Origin: Eledone cirrhosa
Taxonomy: Eukaryota
Assembly: GCA_964016885.1 (NCBI GenBank)
Contig: OZ024745.1
Coordinates: 39,494,001 to 39,558,000, forward strand
Reading direction: 5' to 3'
DNA length: 64,000 nt
A program made the translations under genes and the position numbers. Below, in pieces: positions 14,010 through 25,813 of the stretch. Numbering within the stretch: position 1 is the stretch's first letter; each line of letters begins with the position of its first letter. The notes under the pieces were generated by a model. It did no database searches. It saw nothing but the letters and a program-made list of their open reading frames with translations, and was not told the DNA's origin.

Positions 14010-17000
14010 TGCCTGTGTGTTTGTTTGTTTATGTGTGTTCGTATACAGCGTGGTGATAATGCCACACAAGGGCCAAGTGGGATGGCGGATCCACAGATGG
14101 CTATGTAACTATACATTCGCCAATCCTCGATAAGAGTGTTTAAATATCGAACATAAACAGTTCGAATAACGGTGAAATGGAGACCAGAACGTCATGTGAC
14201 AGACTCTCACCCAACAGGTGCCCCCTGGCTCAGCAGCAGGAACCTGACTGTCAACCAAATACTGCTGATGTTGGAGGAAGAAGAAGAAGGAAAGGGGCCA
14301 GAACCAACTGGACGAAAGAATTGAATAGAACTGTTATGCAATGCTACCTGAAAAGTAACCCCAAGGAGAGGGGCTACAGGAGACGGATGCATAACATCTG
14401 GAACGAGATTGGTTTATTTAAATTAGATGAACAAAAATTGGCCGGGCAGGCTCGGGTAATAAGAACTAATGGGTGGATAAGCGAGCTGGAACTGGAGGAA
14501 CTGAGCAGAGAGAATGGCTTGGAGATGGCGGGTGTAGTATGCCAGACAAGCGAGCCGGTGGGAAATGAAGGTGAGGAGGTCCTGAGAACGGAGGAACCAC
14601 CCGAAGCAGACAATGATCTGAATACTGAGATAAATAATACCTGGAACAGAGATACGGCCACTGAGGAGATGAATGCTGACGGGCTAGGACAAGATTCGGT
14701 TGACATCCTAAATTTAGTGGTAGATGAATTGAACAATGATAGTGGGAGACCTATGAACCTAAGATTTGTAGACAGGAAAAAGTTAAAAGAAACAACAGCT
14801 AAGGTAAACAAAATCATCCCATACCTTGAGGCGAGGAGCCTTCACCAGTGCAACAATATCCTCAAAGCAACAGCAAATACGGTGAGGAAACTACTTGGTA
14901 TAAAAGCGAGAGGAAACAACAGACAAGAAAGAGCAGAGCCGTGGTGGAAGAAGCGACTGAGTGGGCAAATCGGGGAAATGAGAAATGACATAGGAAAGCT
15001 TGAGTCACTACTGAATGGGACACTAAAAAAAAATAGGCACTAAAAATAGACTGGAAATAAAATACAAAACTAGGAGTAAAAAGCTAAATATTATCATAGA
15101 GGAATTGAAGCAACGCATTGTAGCAAAGAGCGCAAAAATGAGGCGATACGAGAACAGAGTCAGTCAGTATAAACAGAACCGCATGTTCGACAACAACCAG
15201 AAGATGCTGTTTGGACAGCTTGAGGGGAAAGAAAGAGGCAACGACTTGATCCCTGGGGCGGAACAAGCTAAAACATTCTGGAGAGGAATATGGGAGCAGG
15301 ATGTTAGACACAATGCCCAGGCAGGGTGGATTGAGACAGTACAGAGGGAGATCGGTGAGCAGGCACAACAACAGACTGATTTGAGTATCACAGTTGAAAC
15401 TCTTAAGGGGCAAGCCAAAAAACTAACCAACTGGAAATCACCAGGCCCAGATGGTGTGCAGGGGTATTGGATTAAACATTTAACATCCCTCCACCCGAAG
15501 CTGACGGCCATGTTCAATGACTGCTTGGTGTCGGGTGAGGTGCCAGAGTGGTTGACAAAAGGTACCACAGTTCTGATAATGAAAGACCGAATCAAGGGTA
15601 ATGATGTTACCAACTATAGACCTATCACATGTCTGTCCGTAATGTGGAAACTGTTGACGAGCATTGTGTCTGAGGAAATCTACCATCACCTCCACACAAA
15701 CAACTTGTTACCGGACGAACAGAAAGGATGCCGAAAGAAGTCACGTGGTACAAAGGACCAGTTACTTATTGATAAGATGGTAATGGGGAATTGCTGGAGG
15801 AGACACACTGATCTTGCCATGGGATGGATAGACTACAGAAAGGCATTTGACATGGTGCCTCATTCATGGATCACCAAAAGCCTGGAGATCTTCAGGGTGG
15901 CAGATAACATCAGACAGTAGCTAGGCAGGAGTATGGGTTCCTGGGAGACAGAGTTGACATCAACTGGAGTATCCTTAGGAAGCGTGAAGATCAAGAGAGG
16001 TATCTTCCAGGGAGATAGCCTGTCCCCTCTGTTGTTTGTCCTTGCCCTGATGCCCTTGACCATTATGCTGCGAAAAGTGAGAGCAGGATACAAGTTGGGA
16101 AGGGGAGAGCTTACCATCAATCACCTCCTCTTCATGGACGATCTTAAGCTCTTCGGGAAAAGTGAGAAGGAGTTGGATGTGCTTATTGACACTGTCCGTA
16201 TTTTCAGCAGTGATATATGTATGCAGTTTGGTATTGGTAAATGTGGAGTCATTGTGATGAAGAGGGGTAGGTTGAGCAGAAGTAACGGGATCCAGATACC
16301 AACAGGTGAGATGATAAAGGAAATTGACTCTGAGGAAGGATACTAGTATTTGGGCGTTCTGGAGGCTGATGGCATAAAGAACAAAAAAATGAAGGAATTG
16401 TTAAGAACTGAATACATTCGGAGAGTAAGGAGCGTATTGAAGTCACATCTGAACAGCAGAAATGCCATAAGCGCAGTAAATTCCCGAGCTGTGTCTATTA
16501 TTAGGTACAGTGCGGGAATTCTGAGATGGAATGTTGCTGAACAAAAAGAAATGGATAGGAAGACTAGGAAGCTATTGACTATCTACAACATGTTCCACAA
16601 GAGGAGTGATGTCGATAGACTCTACCTAAGGAGATCTGAGGGTGGAAGAGGTCTTATCAGCATAGAGGACTGTGTTCAGATGGAGAAAAACAACCTATAC
16701 AAATACGTGACCTATAGTAAGGAGCCAATGCTCAAAACTGTACTGAAGGAGGGGACAGTAGGCCAGGGGATGTCCAAGGAGGAAATAACATCAAGGAGGA
16801 AGAGCAGCCTTAAGGGAAAATCCCTTCATAGTACCTTCTTTGAGAAAACTGAATTTAGAGATCCACAGACATGGAACTGGTTGAGAAGAGGAGACCTCAA
16901 AAAGGCTACAGAAGGAATGCTAATGGCTGCGCAGTAGCAGGCCCTCAAAACGAAGTGGTTGAAGCATCATATCTACAAGGAGGAGGCTAGCCCACTGTGC

Positions 17001-17660
17001 AGGATCTGCGGAGAGAGAGAGGAGACTGTGGCTCACATTGTGTCCGAGTGTAAATACCTAGCCCAGACCCACTATAAGGGCTGGAGACACGGTGTGATGG
17101 GCAGGGTGATCCACTGGCACCTGTGCAAAGTAAACAATTTACCACATTCTGAGAAATGGTATGAGCATAGGCCAGAGGCGGTGATGGAGAACAATCAGGT
17201 GAAGGTGCTGTGGGATTTTAAGATACAGACGGACAAAAAACTGGAACACAATAGACCTGACCTGGTGGTTGTGGACAAAGAAAAAAGATCGTGTCTGATT
17301 GTGGATGTGGCCTGCCCGTTCGACACGAGAGTGCCAGAGAAGGAGAGGGAGAAAATTAACCGATACCAGGACCTAAAGTGGGAGGTGAAAAGGATTTGGA
17401 ACTGCCATGAAGTCAAAGTGATCCCGATTGTCATAGGCGCACTGGGGACTATCTCCAAAAGTTTCCAGGGATGGTTAAAGAAAATCGGCCCCTTCACGCT
17501 TTTTGGAACGCTTCAAAAGGCATGCTTGCTTGGAACAGCAAGAACCCTCCGATACGTCCTGAATATCTGAGGCTGCAGGTAGTGGCTTGATATTCAATCC
17601 AACGGACTTTCCAGTTAACGAACATCAATGACTGAGATTCAAGGAATAATAATAATAATA
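14010..17660 (+). mobile_element. Near full-length R4/Dong-type (restriction-like endonuclease) non-LTR retrotransposon
   Basis: RT (KSPGPDG, NYRPITC, WIDYRKAFD, RGIFQGDSLSP, FMDDLKL), CRIC..H..C zinc motif, RPDLVV..IVDVA nuclease motif; (AAT)n on both flanks. Confidence 0.93.
14177..17570 (+). pseudogene. R4/Dong RT-RLE ORF with a frameshift and premature stops
   Basis: Frameshift near 15030; TAG stops ending ORF pieces at 15920, 16346 and 16937. Confidence 0.9.
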
Positions 17661-17863
17661 ATTGTTTCTACTTTTGGCACAAGGCCAGCAATAAACCAGT
17701 ACATTACTGGTACTTTATTTTATCGACCCCGTATGGATGAAAGGCAAAGTTAACCTTGGCGGGATTTGAGGTTAACTTTGCCTTTCATTCATACGGGGGT
17801 CGATAAAATAAAGTACCAGTAATGTACTAGGTTATTGCTGGCCTTGTGCCAAACGTAGAAACA

Positions 17864-17870
<7 letters not shown>
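17657..17870. mobile_element. Head-to-head fold-back pair of 5'-truncated SINEs
   Basis: ~100-bp arms around the spacer TGGCGGGATTTG (~17758-17769); both tails point outward. Confidence 0.85.
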
Positions 17871-17941
<71 letters not shown>

Positions 17942-20900
17942 GGCGACCTACGTAGGAAATCGTATCATCGTGAGCTCCGCAAAGGTTTGTTGTTTTCAGT
18001 TGTTGCAAATTACGATTTATGGAAATTTTCTGTTGTTAAATGTTTATAAGGTCACAAAATTTGCTTTCAAAAAGGACACTCAAAAAGATTGGGGCCTTGA
18101 GCCCAAAATTTAAACTTTTATAATTATCAAAAAAAAAATTTCTTTGAAAAAATCATGGACCATTCACAGCTACACGAGGCAGCTGAGAGCCTTCCTCACA
18201 AATTAACACCTCACACCAACACTAAAAGTATAAGCAGTAGCAATAATTTAAATTTGTCTCATGCAGACATTCATTTCCCGCCATTACCAATAAATGCAGG
18301 TGTTGAAGACGCCACCCGACCACCACCACCACAGCGACAAAGGAAACAAAAGAAAAAAATAAATTATCACATGACATCGAAATGGATTGACCCAGAATCG
18401 ATTCTTCCACACCGAACATCACTGACGCCACCACCACCACAACTGAAACTAAAAATAACAATAACAAAAATAACAATAACAACAACAACAACAATGAGAA
18501 TAACAACACCGTGTCATTTGCAAAAGCAGCCAAAAAATGCGAAACAATCCAGGTAACTCAGGAGGAATTAGATGAAGCCAATAGAATGGTAAAGAAAGAT
18601 GGGTACAGGGTCAGCCTCACCCCCAACAAATAAAATAGAGCATCGGCACCAATGTACCGTGTCTTATCGGAGATTAACATAAAATCGCGCCGAATGGGAC
18701 GGGAATCCGAGTCCCAAATCCAAAAAGTTTTGGGACATGTGTGGGCAAAAAATTCCACATCAGACGGGGGCAGAAATATGGAACCGTGGACGTGTTCTTT
18801 GGAACACCCCAGGACGCCAGAGAACACTCCATGACCACATTAAGAAGTGACGACTTCACACTCGTCCCAAGCTATTGTGGCCAGAGACACGTGCAGATCA
18901 GGATGACCCACGTTCCACCCCAGTGACTTAACCATCAACGCCACCAGCAGCAGAAATGGCAGCAACAACAGAAGCAACTGGAACAGCAACAACCCCAGCA
19001 ACAGTAGCAAAACCAACACCACCACCACCCAACGCGCCAGAACTAGCACCAGCGCCTACACCATCCACCACGGCACAACCAAAACCAACGTCTGTGGAGG
19101 ATTTTCCACTCCCCGACCTATCGCAACTGGAAACAGATTGTGACGACGTGGAGTTGGAAACTGTATCAGGAAAAAAAAGAAAAGAAAAATAATTCAAAAA
19201 AGATAAACATCCCCTTCCATCCCCCTCCAAAAACAAAATACAGGGGGAAACAAGTAAACTATCAAACAAAAAATTTAGGACAGCTATGCCACCATCCACA
19301 CCAGCATCATCAACCCCATCACCACAAACACCAACACCATCATCATAATTAACCCCAACAGCACAATCACCAACACCACAAAAGTCATCAAGAAGTGAAA
19401 CAGAAACAAATCCACAACAAACGCAAACGAAACAAAACAATCAAAACGATACACACTACACAGCATTAAATATGAACAACAACCAATTATTACACTACAT
19501 CCAACACAACACCAGCATCACAGACAAACACTACACAACACCCCGAAAGTTCACACCACCTCCACACATACAAATCACTCGAATCACACAGAAAATGTAC
19601 ACCACACTAAAACAAAAATTCCCCAAAGACATCGGAGACTTCAGACAAGCACTCTCCAGGATGATTTATAAGGACATACTTCTGGAGGAGGCCACAAGCA
19701 GTGAAAAGGATGGAGAAACCATACTTCCTCTACGAGAAGGCAAGTGGTGTTTCCCATCTTTTCCACTCCATTTCAATATGACCTCACTCAGAATAGGAAG
19801 CATAAATGCACGTGGCTTAGGATCGTCATGGAAGCCGGGCCATCTGCTCAACGACCTCACGTCACTAAACATAGATGTAGTGGCCATCAGAGAGAACAGA
19901 ATCTCCGAAGCACGGGCCTTCGCACCGATCTTCGGCGGCTACGATGTGTACGCATCTCCCAGCCATCCTGGATCGGGTGGAGGAGTTGCTGTCCTTTTTC
20001 AAAGAGTTTTGCATCTCGCCATACGGGCCATCTTCCCTCACACAGAAGGTAAGCTGGTGGTGCTGGACGTGACCAGCGGAGATGGCAAGCTGTCAGGCTA
20101 GTGGCCGTCTATGTCCCGACAGGAGCAGGGCGGCCTGATTTCTTCCGGCGTCTGGAGACCTATCTTGGAACGCCCCGCTCTTTCGTGTTAGTGGGCGACT
20201 GTAACGGGATCTTAGATGCACGCTGGGACTGTTTGGGATTAGCGGATAGGGGAGGAGGGTGCAAGAGCCTCATCCACCTGCTCAGGCGTTTTGAACTGTC
20301 TGACAGGTACCGATTGGATTTCCCGAATGTGCCAATGTGGCTTTGGAAAAACCGCATAGGGTCATCAAGATCATATCTAGATAGAGTATTTTGTAGGGAA
20401 ATAGATAGGTCTAGCATAGGCTGTCCACAATTCAAGATAGTCAGCTACACGGACCACACATTCGTGATCTGTGTGCTTGACTTAGATAGGCTTCATAGAC
20501 GAGGACCCGGCTACTGGAAGCTAAACGCGTCCTTACCAGCGCGCAAGGCCTACAGAGACCGGATTAGCGAACTAGTTAAGCGGAAATTGACGGGGGCCAT
20601 CGTCAACAACAAGTGGTGGTTTACTCTGAAAAGAGCGATTAGAATAGAGTCCATTAGGTTTAGTAAGGCTTTAGCAATAGAGAAAAATAGAGCAGAGGCA
20701 GAAGTATTTAGAAAATTAGACGAGGCGCTTAGCAAAGGCATCGCGACCGACGTACCTGCGGCGAAATTGGCCCTTGACCAATTATTCAATACAAAGCACG
20801 AAGGCTGCGTTGTCAGAGCTAGGGTGCGTGCTCTCAGACAGAAGGGGACGAAAGCCGTTCAATGGGCCTGAGTGGCGGTGGCGCGTCGTGACTACAAAAC

Positions 20901-23465
20901 CACGATCCGGTCTTTGGTGGACCACGACGGGCGCATACTACTCGATCCCGGGCAAATGTGTGAAGTTTTTCAGCGACACTTCGCTCAGCTGTTCGGGGGC
21001 AGCGGCGGGGTGGATCGAGGGATGGACTTTAGTGTCTACCTCGACGGACTGCCGCGGCTCTCGGCCAGTGAGGCAGAGTTTTGCGAAAAGCCGATAACAG
21101 CCGCTGAAGTACGGGAGGCAATGCCTGGCTGCACAAGAGTAAATCGCCTGGTTTGGATGGTCTGTCCCATGAATTTACGTACATATACCAGACCTGTTTG
21201 GAGGCCTCTTGGCGGACTTCTACTGCAATTGGCAACAGAACGGGAAAATTCCCAGCTCTGTGAACCGAGTAGCGGTGGCGCTGCTGAGAAAGGATCCGAA
21301 CAAAAGGGATAACATAGAGAATTTCAGGCCCATAACTCTGCTAAATTCAGAGTTCAAGATTTTGGCCTAAGTGCTAGCAAAGAGGTTGGCGTTTGTCGTT
21401 GGTTGTCTGATGGGTGAGGCGTAGACGTGCGCCATTCACGACAGATCCATCCACAAGAACCTCCACCTCATGCGATACATCGTAGAGAGGGTAGCTAGGG
21501 AACCTGGCACCGATGGGACCTTAATCAATTTAGAATAGTCGAAAGCTTTCGATAGGGTCGATCATCGTAAGCTAGCGGCAGTCCTGAGGGCGGCTGGCTT
21601 TGGGCCCGTCTTCAGAGGCTGGATCGCTGCCATGCAGAGCGACATCTGCTCTGTGGTGAGAGTGAACGGTCACCTTTAGGAACCGTAAAACATCATGCGC
21701 TCTGTCCACCAAGGATGTCCCCTCTTGTTCCTCTTGTACGTATTGATTCTCGAGCCATTACTGCACTAACTGGAGACGTTGAGGGGAATCCAGCGCGAAC
21801 TAGGATGCGGAAGATCCGTGTCAGCATATGCGGGCGATATCACCGTAGTGGTTTTGAACGCCAAACACATCGAGGTGATCGGCACTACACTAAGAGAATA
21901 CGAAGCGGTGACAGGGGTAATGATCAACCAGGAAAAGTCAGTGGGCCTGCAGCTCGGCACCTGGAGAGGCAGGTCCATGCGGTCCAACAGTGTCGACGGG
22001 CACTGGACTGACGGACCGGTTAAATTGCTAGGGGTCTGGTTCGGTCCTGACCTCCAGACGGACAAAAACCGGGACGAGGTAACGAGCAGGGTGGCTTCTC
22101 TCACCCAGAAATGAGCGGAGAGGAAGCTATCCCTGAAAGTTCGAGCGGAGTTGGCTAACGCATACATCGCGTCTGTCATCTACTGCCGCCTGACCATCGT
22201 AGCTTCTCCTAAGCCCCGCCTGACTGCGCTGGAGCGTTTGTTCTTTTGCCTTTGGTGGAAGGGACGCGCTCCGATGGTCAGGCGGTCCATCTGCTGTCGC
22301 GCCCGCTACGTGGAGGGCTGGGCTTGCCGAGGCTGATGATGAGCAGACACGGGCTCAGGCTACCACATCTCCACCTCTTCCTCGACAGTGATCAGGTGTG
22401 GTCGCCGTTTGCTAGACGCGTCTCTCCCCAGTTCGTCTCCTTGACGGAGGTGCAGTCCTGGGTCAAGCGAAAACCGAGAGGGAGCGCTTCGAGACTGGTA
22501 TGTCTTCAGGCGCTCACAGCCCTCGACTAATCGGGCAATGTGATCGGTGGAAACTCCACCTTGGCGTTCTATAGACGATTAGTGGAGGGGAAGAGCGACG
22601 ACGTACTTGGGTAAAATCTAGGCGTCGACGAAAATTAACTAGCCAATCTCTTCGGAAGAACTTTCGAGGCGGGGCCTATGGACAACTTTCAGAAATCCCT
22701 GGCCTGGCAGTGCTACGGAGGTGATTTGCCGGTTCGGGATAAACTCTACAGGCATGGAGGTGACGTCACCTGAGCATGTCCGAGATGCGCGGAGGGCGAC
22801 GAAACCGTCCTGCACGCACTCGTCCAGTGTCCGAGCATTGCAGACTTGTGGGTTTATGTCGAACACCTGCTGTCGCGTGTAGGACGTATCCAGCTATCAG
22901 CTGAGTCCATCGTGAGGATTGCCCCGCCCTCTTCCTTTAGCCAGGAAGGGTAGGCTGTTTTTATCTGTCTGGTGGCCATGGCGAAAGAGATAGTATGGTG
23001 GACACGTTTGAAAGGGCTGAAGACGAGCACTTACCTCTTCGGTGATGCCCTGATTAACTTTTTTCAAATATCATTTGAAAAGGAAAATCATGGTAGAGAG
23101 GGAAGTGCTCTCTTCCCAGCATTTTGTTGAAAGATGGGTGAGAGAGGCAAGAATTGCCCGAGTGAATAGGCCTACTCTGAGTATATATCTGTAAAGTAAT
23201 CGTGGAAAACTGGGAGAGGGCACTTGCCCTGGTGGTCAGGGTCACTGTGGCTTTTTATTGGGCTTTCTCCACTAATGTCCCTCGGAAGTCTCCCCCGTAT
23301 TGGGGAATTTTTCATTGTTATTTTTTTGTTACATGCTCTGTTTTTGTTTTTACACGCAGAAATGCCCATTTGTACCGTCCTGTATTGTCCTGTACTGTCC
23401 TTAATGTCTACTTTATGTAAACCTTTGTGGTTAATAAAGAAAACATTATTATTATTATTATTATT
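17942..23465 (+). mobile_element. Tx1-clade (L1 group) LINE, copy 1, decayed
   Basis: Broken ORF1 (~18155-19745) and ORF2 (19778-23194: APE, GPGYWKLNASL, RT, C-terminal Cys motif) with many stops; AATAAA plus (ATT)n tail. Confidence 0.92.
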
Positions 23466-23681
23466 GAATGCCATGGTTGACGGAGGCTCGGCTCTGTAAG
23501 GTATAGTAATTTTTAACCGTTAAAACAATTGTAAATTGTTTAAAACTTGAACCAAATTGTTGATAAAGACACCCTCCTCCTCGTGAGAGGGGTCTTTCTG
23601 TCCGTTATTTGGCCCTTCGGGGTTAAATAACCAGTTATTGGGGTTTTGTACCCAAAATTTCATTTTAAACAAAAAAACAAC

Positions 23682-25778
23682 ATGGCTACGAAAAAGAAAT
23701 TTCATACGTCACTCCCACTCATTCCGTCTTCTTCTTCCTCAATCATCACTACAGCAGAGAGAAGATTGTCTCTCTCCCTCCCTTCTTTAAATGTGTCTCT
23801 CTCCCTCCCTTCTCTTTCGCAAGTGACGAAAGAAAAGAAAAGTCTCGTGCAAAGCGTGCAAGGTTTCTCCACGACGACGACGACAGCGACGAAACAGGTG
23901 TGCGGGAAATACGAAAACCCAGTTCATTCGTCTGACGTCAGGAATAATAGCAGTAGCAGCCGTAATAACAACAGCAACAGTGACAATGAAAACAACAGTA
24001 GCAGCCGCAACAGCATCACCAGCAGCATAAACAACAACAGCATTAGCAGCAGCAACACCAACAACAACCACAGCAACAGCGGCGGAGGCAGTAGTCGTAG
24101 TACTTGCAGCAACAACAACAGTACCAGCAGCTCTGACGACAACAACAACAGCAGAGAAAAACCAATCTCATTTGCAGGTATTGCGAAAAACTTGGAAACA
24201 ATCCTCATAACAAATGAGGAATTAGAGGAAGCCAAGAAGATGGTGACAAAGAACGGACACCGAGCAATCTGCAAGGCAGCGGAAAATTTTTTCGAAACCC
24301 AAGAGCACTGTACGGTCACGTACCGTACAGTAAGTACAAAATCCCGTAGGGTGCAAAGAGCCACAGAGGCCCAAATACAAAAAGCCTTGGGGTCTGTGTG
24401 GCAGCGGAAAACGCACATCACCCGAGGCAAAAAATATGCCACCGTAGACGTACTTTTTGCCACACCCCAGGAGGCAAAGGCCCAATCAGTAGTGACCCTA
24501 AGGAGCGAGGAAATGGTGTTGGTGCCCTCCTACTGCGGGCAAAAAATTGTGAGGGTCAAACTGACCCACGTCCCCCCCGGAATGACCCCTTCTTTGCTGG
24601 CCGCGTCTGTCCTCGTCGGAATCGAGGACAAAACAACTGTACTGCAAGTACAGAAAAAAGTAAGAGAAGGTTGGGTCGGCTCCTCCATTGAGATGCTAAT
24701 CCAAACCAACCAGGATTGCATCGAAGCTATCCCGGATGTGATAGACTTCGATAACGGCACTCAACTGCCCATAAGTGTTGAGGTCAAACGCCCGAAATGC
24801 TTTCGCTGTGGATCGAAGACTCACCTCAGGGCCTTCTGCAACGAGAAGACCCTGAGAAATGAGAAAACCCCCCTCCTTCCGAATCCGGCTCCACGGCTAC
24901 CAGCAACAGGACAAGCGGCAACCAGGAACGATAGGCCCGTGGCACCCATACCCACTCCACGGAAATCAAAAACAGCAGCAGCAGTGGAAATATTAACAAC
25001 AACAACAGCAATACCAAATGCAGCTGCAACAGAGACTCCAGTGCAAACATCACCAACAACAACAAGTGAAAGAGTGGAGCTGGTACCCCTCCCCGACCTC
25101 ACAGAATCAGACATGGAGAGTGAGGTGGGAGAGGGATTGCAAAAGGTCGCAAGAAGGCACAAACGCAGAAGCAGCGCATCGTCGCCTTTGAAAAGGGAGG
25201 AAAGAAATGAGAAAAGGGTAAAGTCTACTGCAAAGAGACCCACAGCAGCAACACCACCAACACCATCACCACCCACACCAGCACCACCATCACCACCGGC
25301 GACAACCCCACCGCCAACAACACCTTCAACACCACCACCACAAGCACCAACATCGCAAACACAACAACAAAACACACACACCCAGCAACAACGACAAGAA
25401 AATAGCAGAACCACACCCCACCCCCAGAAAAACAAATGCACGGCAATAAACACACACAACAAGAAACTAATGACTTACATAATTGAACACACAGACATTT
25501 CACAACAGGACTACATAATACCAGCACCAATCAAAACGCCAACTAACATAAGACTGCTAAAAATAGCACAGAAACAATACACAAACATTAAAACGAAATT
25601 CCCCAACGCAGTTGGTGATTTCAGGGACCTAGGAGGAACCATCAATCGAAGAGTATATTCAGACATTCTCTTAGAAGAGCCGACGACCAGCCGAAGGGAC
25701 GATTCAACGGTCCATTCACCAGACGATCAAGTGAAAAGGGATGTAAAAACCATCCCTCTTCTACCAAAAGTACGGTAA
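23682..25778 (+). CDS. Tx1-like ORF1 nucleic-acid-binding protein with zinc knuckle
   Basis: Open frame from ATG 23682; CFRCGSKTHLRAFC (CX2CX4HX4C); Asn/Ser-rich and Pro/Thr-rich low-complexity regions. Confidence 0.88.
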   Translation: MATKKKFHTSLPLIPSSSSSIITTAERRLSLSLPSLNVSLSLPSLSQVTKEKKSLVQSVQGFSTTTTTATKQVCGKYENPVHSSDVRNNSSSSRNNNSNSDNENNSSSRNSITSSINNNSISSSNTNNNHSNSGGGSSRSTCSNNNSTSSSDDNNNSREKPISFAGIAKNLETILITNEELEEAKKMVTKNGHRAICKAAENFFETQEHCTVTYRTVSTKSRRVQRATEAQIQKALGSVWQRKTHITRGKKYATVDVLFATPQEAKAQSVVTLRSEEMVLVPSYCGQKIVRVKLTHVPPGMTPSLLAASVLVGIEDKTTVLQVQKKVREGWVGSSIEMLIQTNQDCIEAIPDVIDFDNGTQLPISVEVKRPKCFRCGSKTHLRAFCNEKTLRNEKTPLLPNPAPRLPATGQAATRNDRPVAPIPTPRKSKTAAAVEILTTTTAIPNAAATETPVQTSPTTTSERVELVPLPDLTESDMESEVGEGLQKVARRHKRRSSASSPLKREERNEKRVKSTAKRPTAATPPTPSPPTPAPPSPPATTPPPTTPSTPPPQAPTSQTQQQNTHTQQQRQENSRTTPHPQKNKCTAINTHNKKLMTYIIEHTDISQQDYIIPAPIKTPTNIRLLKIAQKQYTNIKTKFPNAVGDFRDLGGTINRRVYSDILLEEPTTSRRDDSTVHSPDDQVKRDVKTIPLLPKVR

Positions 25779-25813
25779 GTGGTCTTTCCCATCTTTTCCA
25801 CTCTATTTTAAAC

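Noticed and set aside
14040-14140. HDV-like ribozyme at the R4/Dong 5' end
   Set aside because: Only a hairpin (GGCGGA/TTCGCC) was found; the nested double pseudoknot could not be built by eye.
23924-25530. Long minus-strand ORFs rich in Leu/Val/Gly
   Set aside because: Antisense shadows of low-complexity Tx1 ORF1 sequence.
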